Of a DNA stretch of 64,000 nucleotides, positions 1 to 12,504 are shown piece after piece. The notes beneath the pieces are model-generated. The model was given only the letters and a program-made list of their open reading frames with translations. It searched no databases and had not been told where the DNA came from. How positions within the stretch are numbered: the stretch's first letter is position 1; every line of letters starts with the position of its first letter. Position numbers and translations under genes: made by a program. Source of the stretch: Octopus vulgaris (lineage: Eukaryota). The stretch lies in NCBI GenBank assembly GCA_951406725.2, contig OX597825.1, positions 87,172,001 to 87,236,000 of the forward strand, read 5' to 3'.

Positions 1-1
1 T

Positions 2-35
<34 letters not shown>

Positions 36-224
36 GACACACACACACACACACACGTGCTTATACGCATGTGTGTGTATGTTATTGTATTTTGTCGGTT
101 CATGCTTTTAACCCTTTAGAAATGTATGGTTTCGAAGGTGTCTGAAGTTGTAGTTGTGTGTATGTGCTCTTGTGTGCGCGCGCGTGAATACACACTCACA
201 TACATACATACATACATACATACA

Positions 225-257
<33 letters not shown>

Positions 258-905
258 CTTTGTGTATGTGTGTGCACATGTGCGTGTGTGTGTGACATAG
301 ATTGAATGGTGACACTATAATGAGAACAGAACCAAATTATACATACGTGCATGTACACCCACATACATACCCATGCACACGCACACACGCACACACACCT
401 TCTGTATTTCCAGCTGTCATCAGAGACGGAAATACTAAACAGGTCTATTGGCCATATGCGAACCAAATACCCATTACTTCCTGTGTGAATCTGTTACTTT
501 TTTAACGATTCACAGTATCATAGAATCCGTGCCCATCATATTCCAAACACAATAATGATAGTCTTATGACATAAATTCTGGACGCTTAGGTCTCGTATAT
601 TCTGTTAGTCACAAATTTTGACCATTTTAATTACGGATATTATTTCCACTAAAGGCCGATCTTTTGTTTGGCCAGTGGAGACTCTGTGCTGTAGGAACAA
701 TACTCTGTCATATACACATGCACACACACACACACATATGTATGTATGTGTGTATGTATGTATCATGTATGTATATTTATATATACATACATGTACTTTT
801 ATATATATGTATACATATTTGTGAATATACATGTATATCTCAATATATCTTTCTCATTCACTCTCTTTCTCCCCCATCTTTCTCTCTCTCTGTCTATATA
901 TATTC

Positions 906-936
<31 letters not shown>

Positions 937-1199
937 TATGTAACCCCTTGTTTACATGTCACCTGATCGTAAGTGCTCACATTTGTATGCTAAGATTGCA
1001 ATGTTCATGTTTTCTGGTTTGTATTTATCTAATCTCTTCTCTGTGCAATTTTCCTATCTTTGTCTTCCTCTATCAACCTGTACATATTTCTATATATGTC
1101 AAGGCGTGTGTTTACGTATGTATACCAGTGTCTAAGTGCAAGGTTTGCTAGTACAAGTATTGCCATCAGAGCACAATCACAGCGCATCTAAACGTTCTG

Positions 1200-1513
1200 T
1201 AGTATCTCAAGTGCTTTCAGGTGTCTCAACGTGCACACTCAACGACGTCTCTCTTGACACAGTCTCATAAGCACTGGAATCTAGGCTGACCATCCATACA
1301 GACAGAAATCTTTCATTTCCCCTTTGATCTTCCTTAGTTGATATACAGAAACACAACAATTTTGGGAGTTCAAAAGTTGAAGAGTTTGTGAAGAGTTTGC
1401 AATATATTTGCGTCTCTTCAACAACTTCTGAATCGTTATGTTTTCAAATCTCTCACCAATATTCAAAGAGTTCTTCCCAAGAAACATAGCTACCATATTT
1501 GAATGTCGACACC
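1200..1513 (-). pseudogene. Degenerate RTE-like LINE RT C-terminal fragment
   Basis: The minus strand reads VSTFKY-G-SYVS, resembling the V..FKYLG RT motif, followed by LRKIKG..KDF-like sequence. Frameshifted. Confidence 0.35.
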
Positions 1514-1616
1514 ATTAACTCGGTCGTTATGGATGCATGGATGTGCGTGTGTGTGACCGTGTATGAAGCTGGTGCATGTTCACATACAAATATGCTTGTA
1601 CATGCATACGTGTGAA

Positions 1617-1663
<47 letters not shown>

Positions 1664-1820
1664 TTATCAATTAAGGACAACTACTTAATAAGGAAAACTT
1701 AACAAGAAATTGTCAGGTAGATAGCGTAAAAACCTCATAAGAGAAAAAATTTCGAAAATAATTATTTCAGCGTTTGGCATGTATATATAATGCCTTCTGG
1801 CATGTATGTATAATGCCCTC

Positions 1821-1863
<43 letters not shown>

Positions 1864-2039
1864 TTATATATGTATAAATATATATACATATATATATATG
1901 TACACATATATGTATATGTGTATGTGTGTGTTTATAGATACGTGAATACAGACAGACACACACACACACATATATATATTCGCATATGTATACACACACT
2001 CACACGCACACACACACACACATACACACACATCTTGCT

Positions 2040-2250
2040 ATGCTGGACCGGTGAACTCTCTCTCTCTCTCTCTCTCTTCGTTTTTCATTCCTTCTCCGTC
2101 TTTTTTCTTCTTACTCCTCTGTCAAAGAGCGCAGGCTCGAAACGTAAACAGACTTTTCTTTTTTGTACCCGAGCTTTAAACTAATACACCGTGTTGTTCC
2201 TTCACCTCTCTTCGTCTGTTGTTTTTTTTTTGTAAATTGGAACTATATTT
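2040..2250 (+). mobile_element. Short repeat carrying a hammerhead-like core (family also at 9740-9955 and 25160-25375); probable Penelope pLTR derivative
   Basis: Contains CTGTCAA-a-GAGC-gcag-GCTC-GAAA-CGTA at 2119-2146. The downstream ...cccgagctttaaactaatacac...tttgtaaatt is shared with 25289-25372. Confidence 0.55.
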
Positions 2251-2272
2251 ATGTATGTATGTGTGTGTTTAC

Positions 2273-2320
<48 letters not shown>

Positions 2321-3272
2321 CCATACATATACATACATAGACACACATACACATAGGCATACATATGCATATAAGTAGATAATTCCGCACAGATTATAAA
2401 CGCACCTCTTATCATGCCAGAATGGAGTGAACTGTATGTGGCCGAATAAGCTGTTAGAAATAGCTAGCAAATCTCCCTCGAATTACAGCATATCATCTTT
2501 AAAAAGATAGACTGATCAATATAATCTAGTGTATATCTTTTTTCAAAATAGGAGACGAAAAACTTAATGATTAAATGTTCTTATTCTGGGAGCTTTTCGA
2601 TCTTGAAGATCCTTGGGGGTAAACAACAATATGTACTGCAACAATAACAACAACAATATCACATACATAAATCTCGGAGATGATACTTAAAATATTGCCT
2701 TATCAATTGAACGCAAACGGTATTAAATCATTCTTCGTATAAAAATCACAACATCGAGTACTCATAGTATGGTTAGTTTATCATCGAAAACTCATATTTT
2801 CGTAATCAATATCTGATCATTAATCTTGACATGCGCCTGACAATATCTGTTAATCTAAATTAATTTAATATTAATTATGTCATTTTAAATTTGTAATAAA
2901 TTGGTTCCTTAATATAAATATAAATATAAATTTAAAAAACATTCTCCAAAAAACCAACATGACGTTTGATGCCACAAATGTCGATATTTTTCTTCAGTCA
3001 TTTAATCTGATTTATCTTTTACTTGTTTCACCTATTAGACTGCGGCCATGCTGGGGCCTCGCTTGAAGAAATTTTGGTCGAATGAATGGAACCCGGTACT
3101 TACTTTTTAATAGCCTGGTACTTATTCTATCGTCCTTTTTGCCGAAACACTAAGTTACGGGGACGTAAACACACCAATACCGGTTTCCAAGCGGTAGTGG
3201 GTAACAAACACATACGCACACAAATGTACATAAATATATACATTTATCTATCTATCCATCTACCTATCTATC

Positions 3273-5591
3273 AAAGCCACCATTCGGTCACTGGTAGATG
3301 AACAGGGGCGCGAATTGCTCGAGCCAAGTAAAATGTGTGAAGCCTTTCAGCAGCATTTTGCCCGACTGTTCGGAACGAGTGGAGGGCAAGAACGTAGGGT
3401 GGACTTCAGTGCCTACCTACATAGCCTACCACGACTCTCGACAAGAAAGGCAGGGTGCTGCGAAGGTGCCATCACGGCGGCGGAAGTGCGGGAAGCGATG
3501 GCAGAATGCTCGAGGGACAAATCACCGGGTTTGGATGGTCTACCCTACGAGCTTTACAATTGTATGCCAGACTTGTTTGGAGATCTCTTGGCGGCGGTGT
3601 ACTGCAACTGGCAGCAAAACGGGAGCATTCCTGGTTTTGTGAGCCGAGGAGCCGTAACACTGCTGAAGAAAGATCTAAACAAGGGAAATGTAATAGATAA
3701 CTTTAGGCCCATCACTCTGCTTAATGCAGACTTGAAAATTTTGGCCAAGGTGCTAGCCAAGAGGTTGGCGCTTGTCATCGAGAAACTGGTCGACAAGGCG
3801 CAAACATGCGCCGTGCCAGGCCGGACCATCCATGACAACCTCCATCTGATGCGCTACATCATAGACAGGGTAGTTAACGAACCTGGCATGGGTGGGGCCC
3901 TGATCAACTTGGATCAATCGAAAGCCTTTGATAGGGTAGACCATCGATACTTGGGGGCAGTCCTGAGAGCGGCTGGTTTCGGTCCCGTTTTCCGCGGATG
4001 GATAGCTGCTTTGTACAGAGGCATCCGTTCGGTAATTCGCGTAAATGGACATCTATCGAGACCTTTCAACATTGCACGTTCGGTCCGTCAGGGATGCCCC
4101 CTCTCGGCGCTTCTATACGTATTGACTCTTGAGCCACTACTGCGGAAGCTGGCGACTCTAAGGGGCATCCCGCGAGAATTGGGATGCGGGACGAGCGTGT
4201 CTGCATACGCGGACGACGTCACCGTCATAGTGTCTAGCCACGAGCACATCGAGCTGGTCGGCGAGACACTGAAAAACTACGAAGCGGTGACAGGAGCGAA
4301 AATCAACCGGGAAAAGTCAGTGGGCTTGCGACTAGGCACCTGGAGAAGCAAGCCCATGCCGTCCACCAGCGCCTCCGTCGTGGGACGCTGGACCGACGGC
4401 CCGGTTGAGTTGCTCGGGGTCTGGTTTGGTCCGGACCTCCAAGTGGAGAAGAACTGGAACGAGATAACGAGTAGGGTGGTCACTCTCGCCCGGCAATGGG
4501 CCGAGAGGAAACTGTCCCTAAAAGGTCGAGCGGAGGTGGCGAACACGTACATCGCGTCCGTCATCTACTACCGCCTGACCGTCGTACCTTGTCCCGACCC
4601 TACCATCACCAAACTACAACGCATCCTCTTTCGCTTCTTGTGGAAAGGATGCGTCCCGATGGTCAGGCGATCCATTTGCTGTCAACACCCGTTAAAAGGA
4701 GGGCTGGGCATGCCGTGGTTGATGATGCGCAGACACGCGCTGAGACTGCGGCATCTCTGGCTCTATGTAGACGACGGTGAACAGGTGTGGTCGCCGTTTG
4801 TGAGGCACGCTTTCCCGCAGCTCGTCTCCATGACCGAACTGCAGTCGTGGATCAAAAAGAGGCCGAGGAAGGGCGAATGGCACCGCGAGTGTCGCGTTGC
4901 TCTCAAGCAACTCTGCCGTCCTGGGTCGACCTTAAGTGACTTCAACACAACCAAAGCATTCTATAGGGGTTTAGTGGAGGGGAGGTACGACGACGAGCTC
5001 GGGGCGAACCTGGACGTCGACGAGGAGTACCTGACCCGCCTGTTCAGGACGACTTTCGGGCCAGGGCCCATGGACAACTTCCAGAGATCCCTGGCCTGGC
5101 AGTGCTACCGAGAAGCGCTACCCGTTCGGGATAAGCTCTACAGACACGGCTCGAGAAACACGGGGCCGACCTGCCCGAGATGCGGTCAGAGCGACGAAAC
5201 CGTTCTGCACGCACTCGTTCAGTGTCCAACAATTTCCGACCTGTGGGCTTATGTCGAACAACTGCTGTCACGTGTGGGACGAGTCGGTTTATCAGCTGAG
5301 TCTATCGTCAATATTGTCACGCCTCCTTCCTTCAAACGGGAAGGAAGAGCTATTTTCATCATCCTTGTGGCTATGGCGAAAGAATGTATCTGGTGGACGC
5401 GTCTGAAAGGATTGGAGACAAACACTTTCCTCTCTGGTCAATCTCTCATCAACTTCTTCAAGTACCACTTGAAAAGGAAAGTGAGAGTAGAGAGGCAAGT
5501 TTTGTCTAGCGAATGTTTTAAAAAAAGATGGGTGAATGTAGCAAGAATGGCACGTATGAATGACGAAGCCACCTTGAGCATAGTCCTATGA
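3273..5591 (+). CDS. 5'-truncated ORF2 of a Tx1/L1-clade non-LTR retrotransposon (reverse transcriptase + C-terminal zf-RVT CCHC)
   Basis: Frame is open from 3273 to the stop at 5591. RT motifs present: SPGLDG, NFRPITLLN, LDQSKAFDRVDH, VRQGCPLS, AYADD, KINREKS. Also LSLKGRAEVAN and KGGLGMP, and C-terminal CPRC...ETVLHALVQC. No APE domain or ORF1, and no native ATG at the junction. Confidence 0.95.
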   Translation, partial: KATIRSLVDEQGRELLEPSKMCEAFQQHFARLFGTSGGQERRVDFSAYLHSLPRLSTRKAGCCEGAITAAEVREAMAECSRDKSPGLDGLPYELYNCMPDLFGDLLAAVYCNWQQNGSIPGFVSRGAVTLLKKDLNKGNVIDNFRPITLLNADLKILAKVLAKRLALVIEKLVDKAQTCAVPGRTIHDNLHLMRYIIDRVVNEPGMGGALINLDQSKAFDRVDHRYLGAVLRAAGFGPVFRGWIAALYRGIRSVIRVNGHLSRPFNIARSVRQGCPLSALLYVLTLEPLLRKLATLRGIPRELGCGTSVSAYADDVTVIVSSHEHIELVGETLKNYEAVTGAKINREKSVGLRLGTWRSKPMPSTSASVVGRWTDGPVELLGVWFGPDLQVEKNWNEITSRVVTLARQWAERKLSLKGRAEVANTYIASVIYYRLTVVPCPDPTITKLQRILFRFLWKGCVPMVRRSICCQHPLKGGLGMPWLMMRRHALRLRHLWLYVDDGEQVWSPFVRHAFPQLVSMTELQSWIKKRPRKGEWHRECRVALKQLCRPGSTLSDFNTTKAFYRGLVEGRYDDELGANLDVDEEYLTRLFRTTFGPGPMDNFQRSLAWQCYREALPVRDKLYRHGSRNTGPTCPRCGQSDETVLHALVQCPTISDLWAYVEQLLSRVGRVGLSAESIVNIVTPPSFKREGRAIFIILVAMAKECIWWTRLKGLETNTFLSGQSLINFFKYHLKRKVRVERQVLSSECFKKRWVNVARMARMNDEATLSIVL

Positions 5592-5980
5592 ACCCAGAAA
5601 TCGAAAACAGAGAGTTGCTTATTTGCAAAAAAAAAAAAAAAAAAGAAATATAAAATGTGACATCATTGACCGAGGTTACCGTGGTCTTTTCCGTAGGCTT
5701 TTCTTTGCACGGGTAAACCTCACCTGTCCTCCCCTTTACACTTCATATTGACATTTCTGTGATAACGATCCCTATTGATCAATTTTTTTTTCCTCCCCCC
5801 TTTTTTTAAACCCCCTTTTTTTTAAACCCCTTTTTTTGTCCTCTTTCTCTCCTTTTACGATCCCTTTTGATCGAAACTCCCCCTTCCTTTTTTTTTTTTT
5901 TTTCTTAAACCTTCAAAAGAAAAGCTCTACCTTGTAATTTGTTCTATCTGTGTGCAGCCCTGTGTGGCTAATAAAGAAAC
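3273..5980 (+). mobile_element. Young 5'-truncated Tx1-like LINE with ~390-bp 3'UTR, inserted in a (TATC)n microsatellite
   Basis: GC/CpG-rich block in an AT-rich background. It ends in AATAAAGAAAC and has TATC repeats on both sides (3246-3272 and 5986-6058). Confidence 0.9.
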
Positions 5981-5985
5981 ATATG

Positions 5986-6058
<73 letters not shown>

Positions 6059-6087
6059 GTCTATCTTTCTCTCACTTTCTCTCTGTC

Positions 6088-6119
<32 letters not shown>

Positions 6120-6120
6120 C

Positions 6121-6154
<34 letters not shown>

Positions 6155-7460
6155 CAACGTACTTCTTGTCTCCCAAATCCACTCACAAGGCTTTGGTCGG
6201 TTCGAGGCTATAGTAGAAGATACTTCACCAAGGTGCCACGCTGCTGGACTGAACCCGGAAACATGTGGTGTGGAGGCAAGTTTCTTACCATACAATCCCA
6301 CCTACGATTAATGTTTTATTCACTGGAGAATTAAATGCAATATTAAGTCTCACTTATGAGAAAATTGGGACCAAAATCTTATTTATTTGTTTATGAATCG
6401 ATAATATGCTTGGAAAAGCTTGGCGGTCATAACTTTACCATTCTGCTCTCATAAAAAATAAGCCTGGAGGCTTCGTATTTATGTATCGTAGAATTCTTCA
6501 GATATAGACGTGTAGATGCATCAGAGCAATTGCTTCTGAGTTGCGATTCCTTTATGTCTTGCATTCTGCCGGAAGCAGAATATAGCAATGCTATATTGCA
6601 GAAAAACCATTATGGGCGTTCTTTGCTATTTATTTCAAACACTGTGTGTGTGTGTGTGTGTGTGTGTATAAGTAGGAGAGTATGAGTATTATGTTTGTCT
6701 TTACATATGCATGGCTGTGCTCTCTCTCTTATACACTCACTCACTCATACACAAACACACACACACACACACACGCATACAAACACACACACACGTGAAT
6801 AGCTGGCGAAAGTATGTGTGTTGACGATGGCGTAGGTGAATGTTGCCTTTTGCCAGGGCAGCAGCGGCGGACGCTGCTGCATTTCAAGTTATTTCCAAAG
6901 CATTATTGTTCGTGTTCTTCGTGTTGTGGGTTTTGGTGTGTCCGTAGGTTTACCTCAATGCGAACAATATCAATAACAATACGAACAACAACAGCTATAA
7001 AAGTAGAAATAAAAAAACAACAACGATAACAGCAGCATCAGCAATGACGATATTGATGATGATGATGATGATGATGATGATACTGGTTCTTAACAGCGTT
7101 GTCAACGCTGCGACAGGTTGCGAAGTGTATTTTCACAGCAATGTTGAAGGTTACATAATCCACATTCAGAATTCATTGTTAGATTCTGGCTCTGTCAGGC
7201 TTCACGTCAAACTCAGTGCAGCGCTTGCAGTGATATGCTCTTTCATCTCTCTCTCTCTCTCCTCACCACTCTTTAAACATATACATACAGACACAAATAC
7301 ATACACGCATATCTATATCTATATGTTTGTATGTATGTATCAATCTCTCTCTATATATATATGTCTACACACACATACACACACACATATATATATATAT
7401 GTGTGTGTATATATATTTATATTTAGGCATGTACATATTATACATACATTTATATATATA

Positions 7461-7557
<97 letters not shown>

Positions 7558-7627
7558 GTATATATATATGCATATGTATATATGTCCAAACACGCATACT
7601 GCTACAGATATATGTCTACACCTACCT

Positions 7628-7675
<48 letters not shown>

Positions 7676-8330
7676 ATATAGATTTATATAAATAAAATGA
7701 CAAATATTTACTCATGCCACTTAGTAAGCTTTGGAAATAAACTGCAATGTTTGACGTTTCCACATCAGAAAATACCTTTTCTCCGTTACTTTGTATCGAA
7801 TGTGAATGTATTTCCACCATTAATGGGCCTATGAAACGGCTTCGAACAGTTCTATAGTTACGAGCGACATTAGACTACAGTTTAACACATCTAAGGGGAA
7901 CGCATGAAATCCCCAACCCATCGCTCTAACAAACTGATTGACATTTACTCAGTAACGCCCCGCAGCCCCTCCCACACTGGCACAGCAAGGTGGCGTGCTT
8001 CTACCACTGTCTTTCTTTCAACGCTTTGAGGTATCCCTGTTCTTATAAAAGATAAAAACACACAGAGAACCAATTCCGCTCAAGGTGACATTATGGCCTA
8101 TATGATTCACTAAATCGAGGCTGGTTGTCACAGTGGCAACGGCTCCCTGCTATCATCCTGCACGAGAATGTGAATCTAAGAAAAAAGAAAAGAGCTGGCC
8201 TCTCTTTAACAACGCTACCACCACGTGACCTGAGTTGATCAACAGACGCCTAAAGTTTAGAAGCCATATTGAATTTCTCCGCTCTGTGATGAGATGGGCT
8301 CGTCCTACTCACCACGATATATATATAATT

Positions 8331-8750
8331 TATATTCATATAAAAGAAGAAAAGTAAGTGGAGATCGGGAAGTAAATAATTGCTTATTATTAACAACAAA
8401 CTAATGATCATCGCTTACGACTGTTTCAGTTAATACTCAATAAATATTAACTAAATATTAAATTCATAAGACCTGAGCATAATATCTTCAGAAGGAAAAA
8501 AATATGCCCTTAGATATTTTATATGTGTTTATGGATTGCTTATACCGGGACATAATGAATCCATAAACATATACAACACATCCGGGGGTATATTTTCTTT
8601 CCCTCTCAGGTCTTATGAATTTAATATTCAATGAGATTCACTGAGTATTAATTGAAACAGCTGTAAGGGATGATGATTGATTTGCTGTTAATGATAAACT
8701 ATTATTAACTTCCCGATCTCCATCTTCTTATTCTTCTTTTATATGAATAT
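8331..8750. mobile_element. ~420-bp imperfect palindrome (inverted pLTR pair) with a minus-strand hammerhead-like core
   Basis: Arms begin TATATTCATATAAAAGAAGAA...GGAGATCGGGAAGT and end ACTTCCCGATCTCC...TTCTTCTTTTATATGAATAT. Centre is near 8545, with TA-rich flanks. Confidence 0.8.
8410..8497 (-). ncRNA. Type I hammerhead-ribozyme-like motif
   Basis: Minus strand reads tcctt-CTGAAGA (8491-8485), long stem II (atgctca/tgagtat), GAAA (8427-8424), CAGTC, GTA (8418-8416), then agcga. Confidence 0.55.
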
Positions 8751-8770
8751 ATACTATATGGTTTCATATG

Positions 8771-8825
<55 letters not shown>

Positions 8826-8847
8826 ATATATATATATATATATATTA

Positions 8848-9329
8848 GTTTAAGGAAATTAATTTCCCCCAAATGTTAGGTATTCAAGGCATTCAACCAG
8901 TATATAAATGGACCACAATCGCAATAAAGTACAATAAAACATTCGGACCGATAGACGATACAAGGTGGACAAGAGAAACAATTAGAAGGACGGGTAAAAA
9001 AAGACGGGTCTTTCGTGGCCTTTCCTCGATTAAGTTTCTGGGCAGTTACACTTGTGACGATTCGATCTAGTTGCCCCACACTCTGAAAAGTCTAAGCTAA
9101 GAACATTAGACCCCTTTCTAAGAAAGCTAGCGAATGTGTACGGCAACGGAGTACATGGTAGAGAAAAGGACGAAAAATGGTGAATATGGTACTCAGTTAC
9201 GAATACAAACAACAAGAAAATAATAACAGGTGTCTTTCGACTGTGAACGAATCAACTGGTACTGGCGTGTATGAAATGAAAGCCTAAAGACAGGAATATA
9301 AGAGGTGATGATGGTCGGCAGTCAGGCCA

Positions 9330-9330
<1 letters not shown>
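8848..9330. mobile_element. Non-coding insert bounded by (TA)n arrays, possibly Penelope-related
   Basis: About 480 bp of complex sequence with sharp (TA)n boundaries on both sides. A weak minus-strand TCGAGGA...GAAA-GACCC-GTC occurs at 9003-9029. Confidence 0.3.
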
Positions 9331-9424
<94 letters not shown>

Positions 9425-9525
9425 ATACATATATATACATATATATACATACACATGTATATATACATATATATATACCATATATACATACATATACACA
9501 CACAAATATATATACATATATAAAT

Positions 9526-9573
<48 letters not shown>

Positions 9574-9811
9574 ATAATAATGATAATAATTACAATATCA
9601 ACAACATTCAGCACCACCATCACCAACAACAAAAACAACAAAAATATTAATCCTTGAATGGAATTTATCAATATTGTAATGCATCGCAACGCGCCTTTCC
9701 ACAATTCACGTTTCTTAAGATCATATGCATATATGTATATGCGACCGCGTGTGTACCGTTGGCGATTTTTTTCCCTCTGTCTTCCCTTCTCTGGATCTTT
9801 CCTTCTCCTAT

Positions 9812-9846
9812 GTTTCCGACGAAGAGCTCCGCTCGAAACGTTAAAC
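9812..9846 (+). ncRNA. Minimal hammerhead-like motif inside a ~215-bp insert (9740-9955) ending at (TA)n
   Basis: gttt-CCGACGA-a-GAGC-tcc-GCTC-GAAA-CGTT-aaac. Stem I is gttt/aaac, stem II is GAGC/GCTC, and helix III is the palindrome AACGTT. There is one core deviation (U4C). Confidence 0.5.
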
Positions 9847-9948
9847 CCTCCTTCTTTCCTTCCTTCCTGAGCGTCGAATAATACTATACTTGTTCCACGT
9901 CTTCGCGTTGTTGTTGTGTCTTCTCTTTGTGTTTTCATGTTTGGATTA

Positions 9949-10022
<74 letters not shown>

Positions 10023-10539
10023 TATATGTATGTACATATATATGTATGTATGTATCCATATAGATAGATAGATATGTAGATAGGTAGGTCAATAGATATA
10101 TACAGTTATATGTCTCTCTAGCTACTTGACTACATACATATATATATATACGTACATACGCACATAAATATAGAGAATAGCGTTCTGTATATCATACTTC
10201 ACTCAAATAAGAGGAAAGTCTTAGAACTGCAGTATTTGTCTTGTAAACAACCTTCAGTGTAGACGAATATTGTTAAAACACAGAAATATATGAATAGCAG
10301 AGGAAAGTTTCCTAATGGCGGAGGTTACAAGTAAATTTCAGGGTTTTTATTTTTTAAACACAATACACCAATGTGAGATGTTTTATGGAAACGAACACTA
10401 CTTCTGTTTCAAAGTTGTCTGCGATATACTTGAGTTAAGTGTCATAGATACAATTTTATCCTGAACCAATGTTGCTACCGACATTCACAATGAGTATGTA
10501 TTTATATTTATATCATATATATATATATATCTATATCAG

Positions 10540-10610
<71 letters not shown>

Positions 10611-10716
10611 AGAGATGTTTGTGCAAGAATATAATTGGTATATGTATGTAGAACCCACACACCACCGAACCACTGGCCAACACCCATTCCTCACGCCCAC
10701 CAGAAACGATACATGT

Positions 10717-10787
<71 letters not shown>

Positions 10788-10829
10788 CATATATATACAC
10801 ATACACACACACATATACATCATATATAT

Positions 10830-10876
<47 letters not shown>

Positions 10877-10923
10877 CACATACATATACACATACATATA
10901 TATACACATACACACACATATAC

Positions 10924-10954
<31 letters not shown>

Positions 10955-11064
10955 TCTATCTATCTATCTGGATGTCACTTTATACCGGCTAACCAATTAA
11001 CCAATTAACAAATTAACTAAGAGCAACTGGGTGAAAATCCGAGACAGTCAGCTTGGTATATTAC

Positions 11065-11134
11065 CTGCCAGTTGCAGCCGTGAATATTGTAACCATGGCA
11101 AACTCAGAGCAGCCACAAATCGAAGACTTTGCTT
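11065..11134 (-). other. Candidate spliced exon (70 nt) of an unidentified minus-strand transcript
   Basis: Minus strand reads ttttttttcttttag|AAGCAAAG...GCCATGG...ACTGGCAG|gtaata, with a strong polypyrimidine tract, acceptor and donor. Confidence 0.4.
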
Positions 11135-11678
11135 CTAAAAGAAAAAAAAAGAGGATTAAATACTTATTACTCTTGTTTTGGTATCCAAATACACACATCT
11201 TCACCCCCACCACACTCACACATAGACGTACAATGACAGCTACACCACACACACAAACACACACACAAACACACACACACACCAACAACACATTACTGCA
11301 TGAATGCACATGACTCTATTTAAGTAGAGCAGAACAGTCTCGAAGAACCGATGAAGAGATTCCTGTCAATTGGAATTCAGGCATTAAAAAGTGATTTTTG
11401 AAAATTATTTTCACATCACTTCTGCCCTCTGACTCAGAAACGGAGAGCATCTAGGGGGGTGAGTGTGTGTTTGGGGGGGATGGTTTGGGGGAGAGAAAGA
11501 GAGAGGTTGGTGCTGTCTTTCTTTTTTTTATATATATAGTTTTACCAAAATAACAACCAGTTGACATTTGACTATTATTTTTCTAACGTCAATTACATCC
11601 GGATTAGGTGATTTACATACTAACTACTTTACAGTCGACACTGTACACTGAACACACACACACACACATACATCTGTG

Positions 11679-11766
<88 letters not shown>

Positions 11767-11837
11767 TATATACATATATGTATATAAAAATATGCATCGG
11801 TGTCCGTACGTACATCATATGTGTGTGTGTATGTATG

Positions 11838-11868
<31 letters not shown>

Positions 11869-12415
11869 GTATTTGCGTGTATGTGTATACACACAAGCAC
11901 ATTTCTATACGTACCTGCACAAATATGTATATGCAGACATATGTTGAACTTGTTTGTGTATACAGTGTATGTATATATATATATCTATATATATATAAAT
12001 TGTGTTTCGTGTGGTTTTCAGTACAGATTCATTATGCTATCATGACTTGTTTCCCAAATGTAACTCGTCTTCACTCGCCGACGTCGCTTCTGGAAACTAA
12101 GTTAAGTGACTGGAATAAATTGAGCTTAGCAGAAGGACAATTTATGGAATAACGTCGCGTAGGGATTATAGTCTAATATCTCTGGCTGCGATACGAGACA
12201 AACACCAGAAGCTTTGAGTGGTTTAACTGGCTCGTTGCAGGCTTCAAAAGAACAATAAACCAAAATAAAGCAAAAATACACGCCTACTTACTCAAACACC
12301 CGCATACACACCCATTCATAGATGTACATACATATATATATATATATATCTTACTCTCTCCTTCCTTTCTATCTCACTATGTATGTATATATATATATAT
12401 GTATATATTTGTATA

Positions 12416-12504
<89 letters not shown>

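Larger units (their letters stand above)
3010..6306 (-). mobile_element. tRNA-derived SINE (octopus OK-like) split in two by the LINE: head 6155-6306, tail 3010-3225
   Basis: The minus strand of 6155-6306 gives a tRNA-like head (...TGGTAAGAAACTTGCC...CCGGGTTCAGTCC). The minus strand of 3010-3225 gives a tail (...GATAGAATAAGTACCAGG...CCCCAGCATGGCCGCAGTC...GAAACAAGTAAAAGATAA) that also occurs at 16860-17015. Family name and head-tail linkage are from recall. Confidence 0.75.

Noticed and set aside
3298-5498. Overlapping alternative-frame and antisense ORFs within the LINE
   Set aside because: Expected shadows of a GC-rich coding sequence, with no motifs.
6814-7240. ORFs with a hydrophobic poly-M start resembling a signal peptide
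   Set aside because: The hydrophobic run is a (GAT)n microsatellite and the ORF runs into (TA)n. No homology is recognisable.
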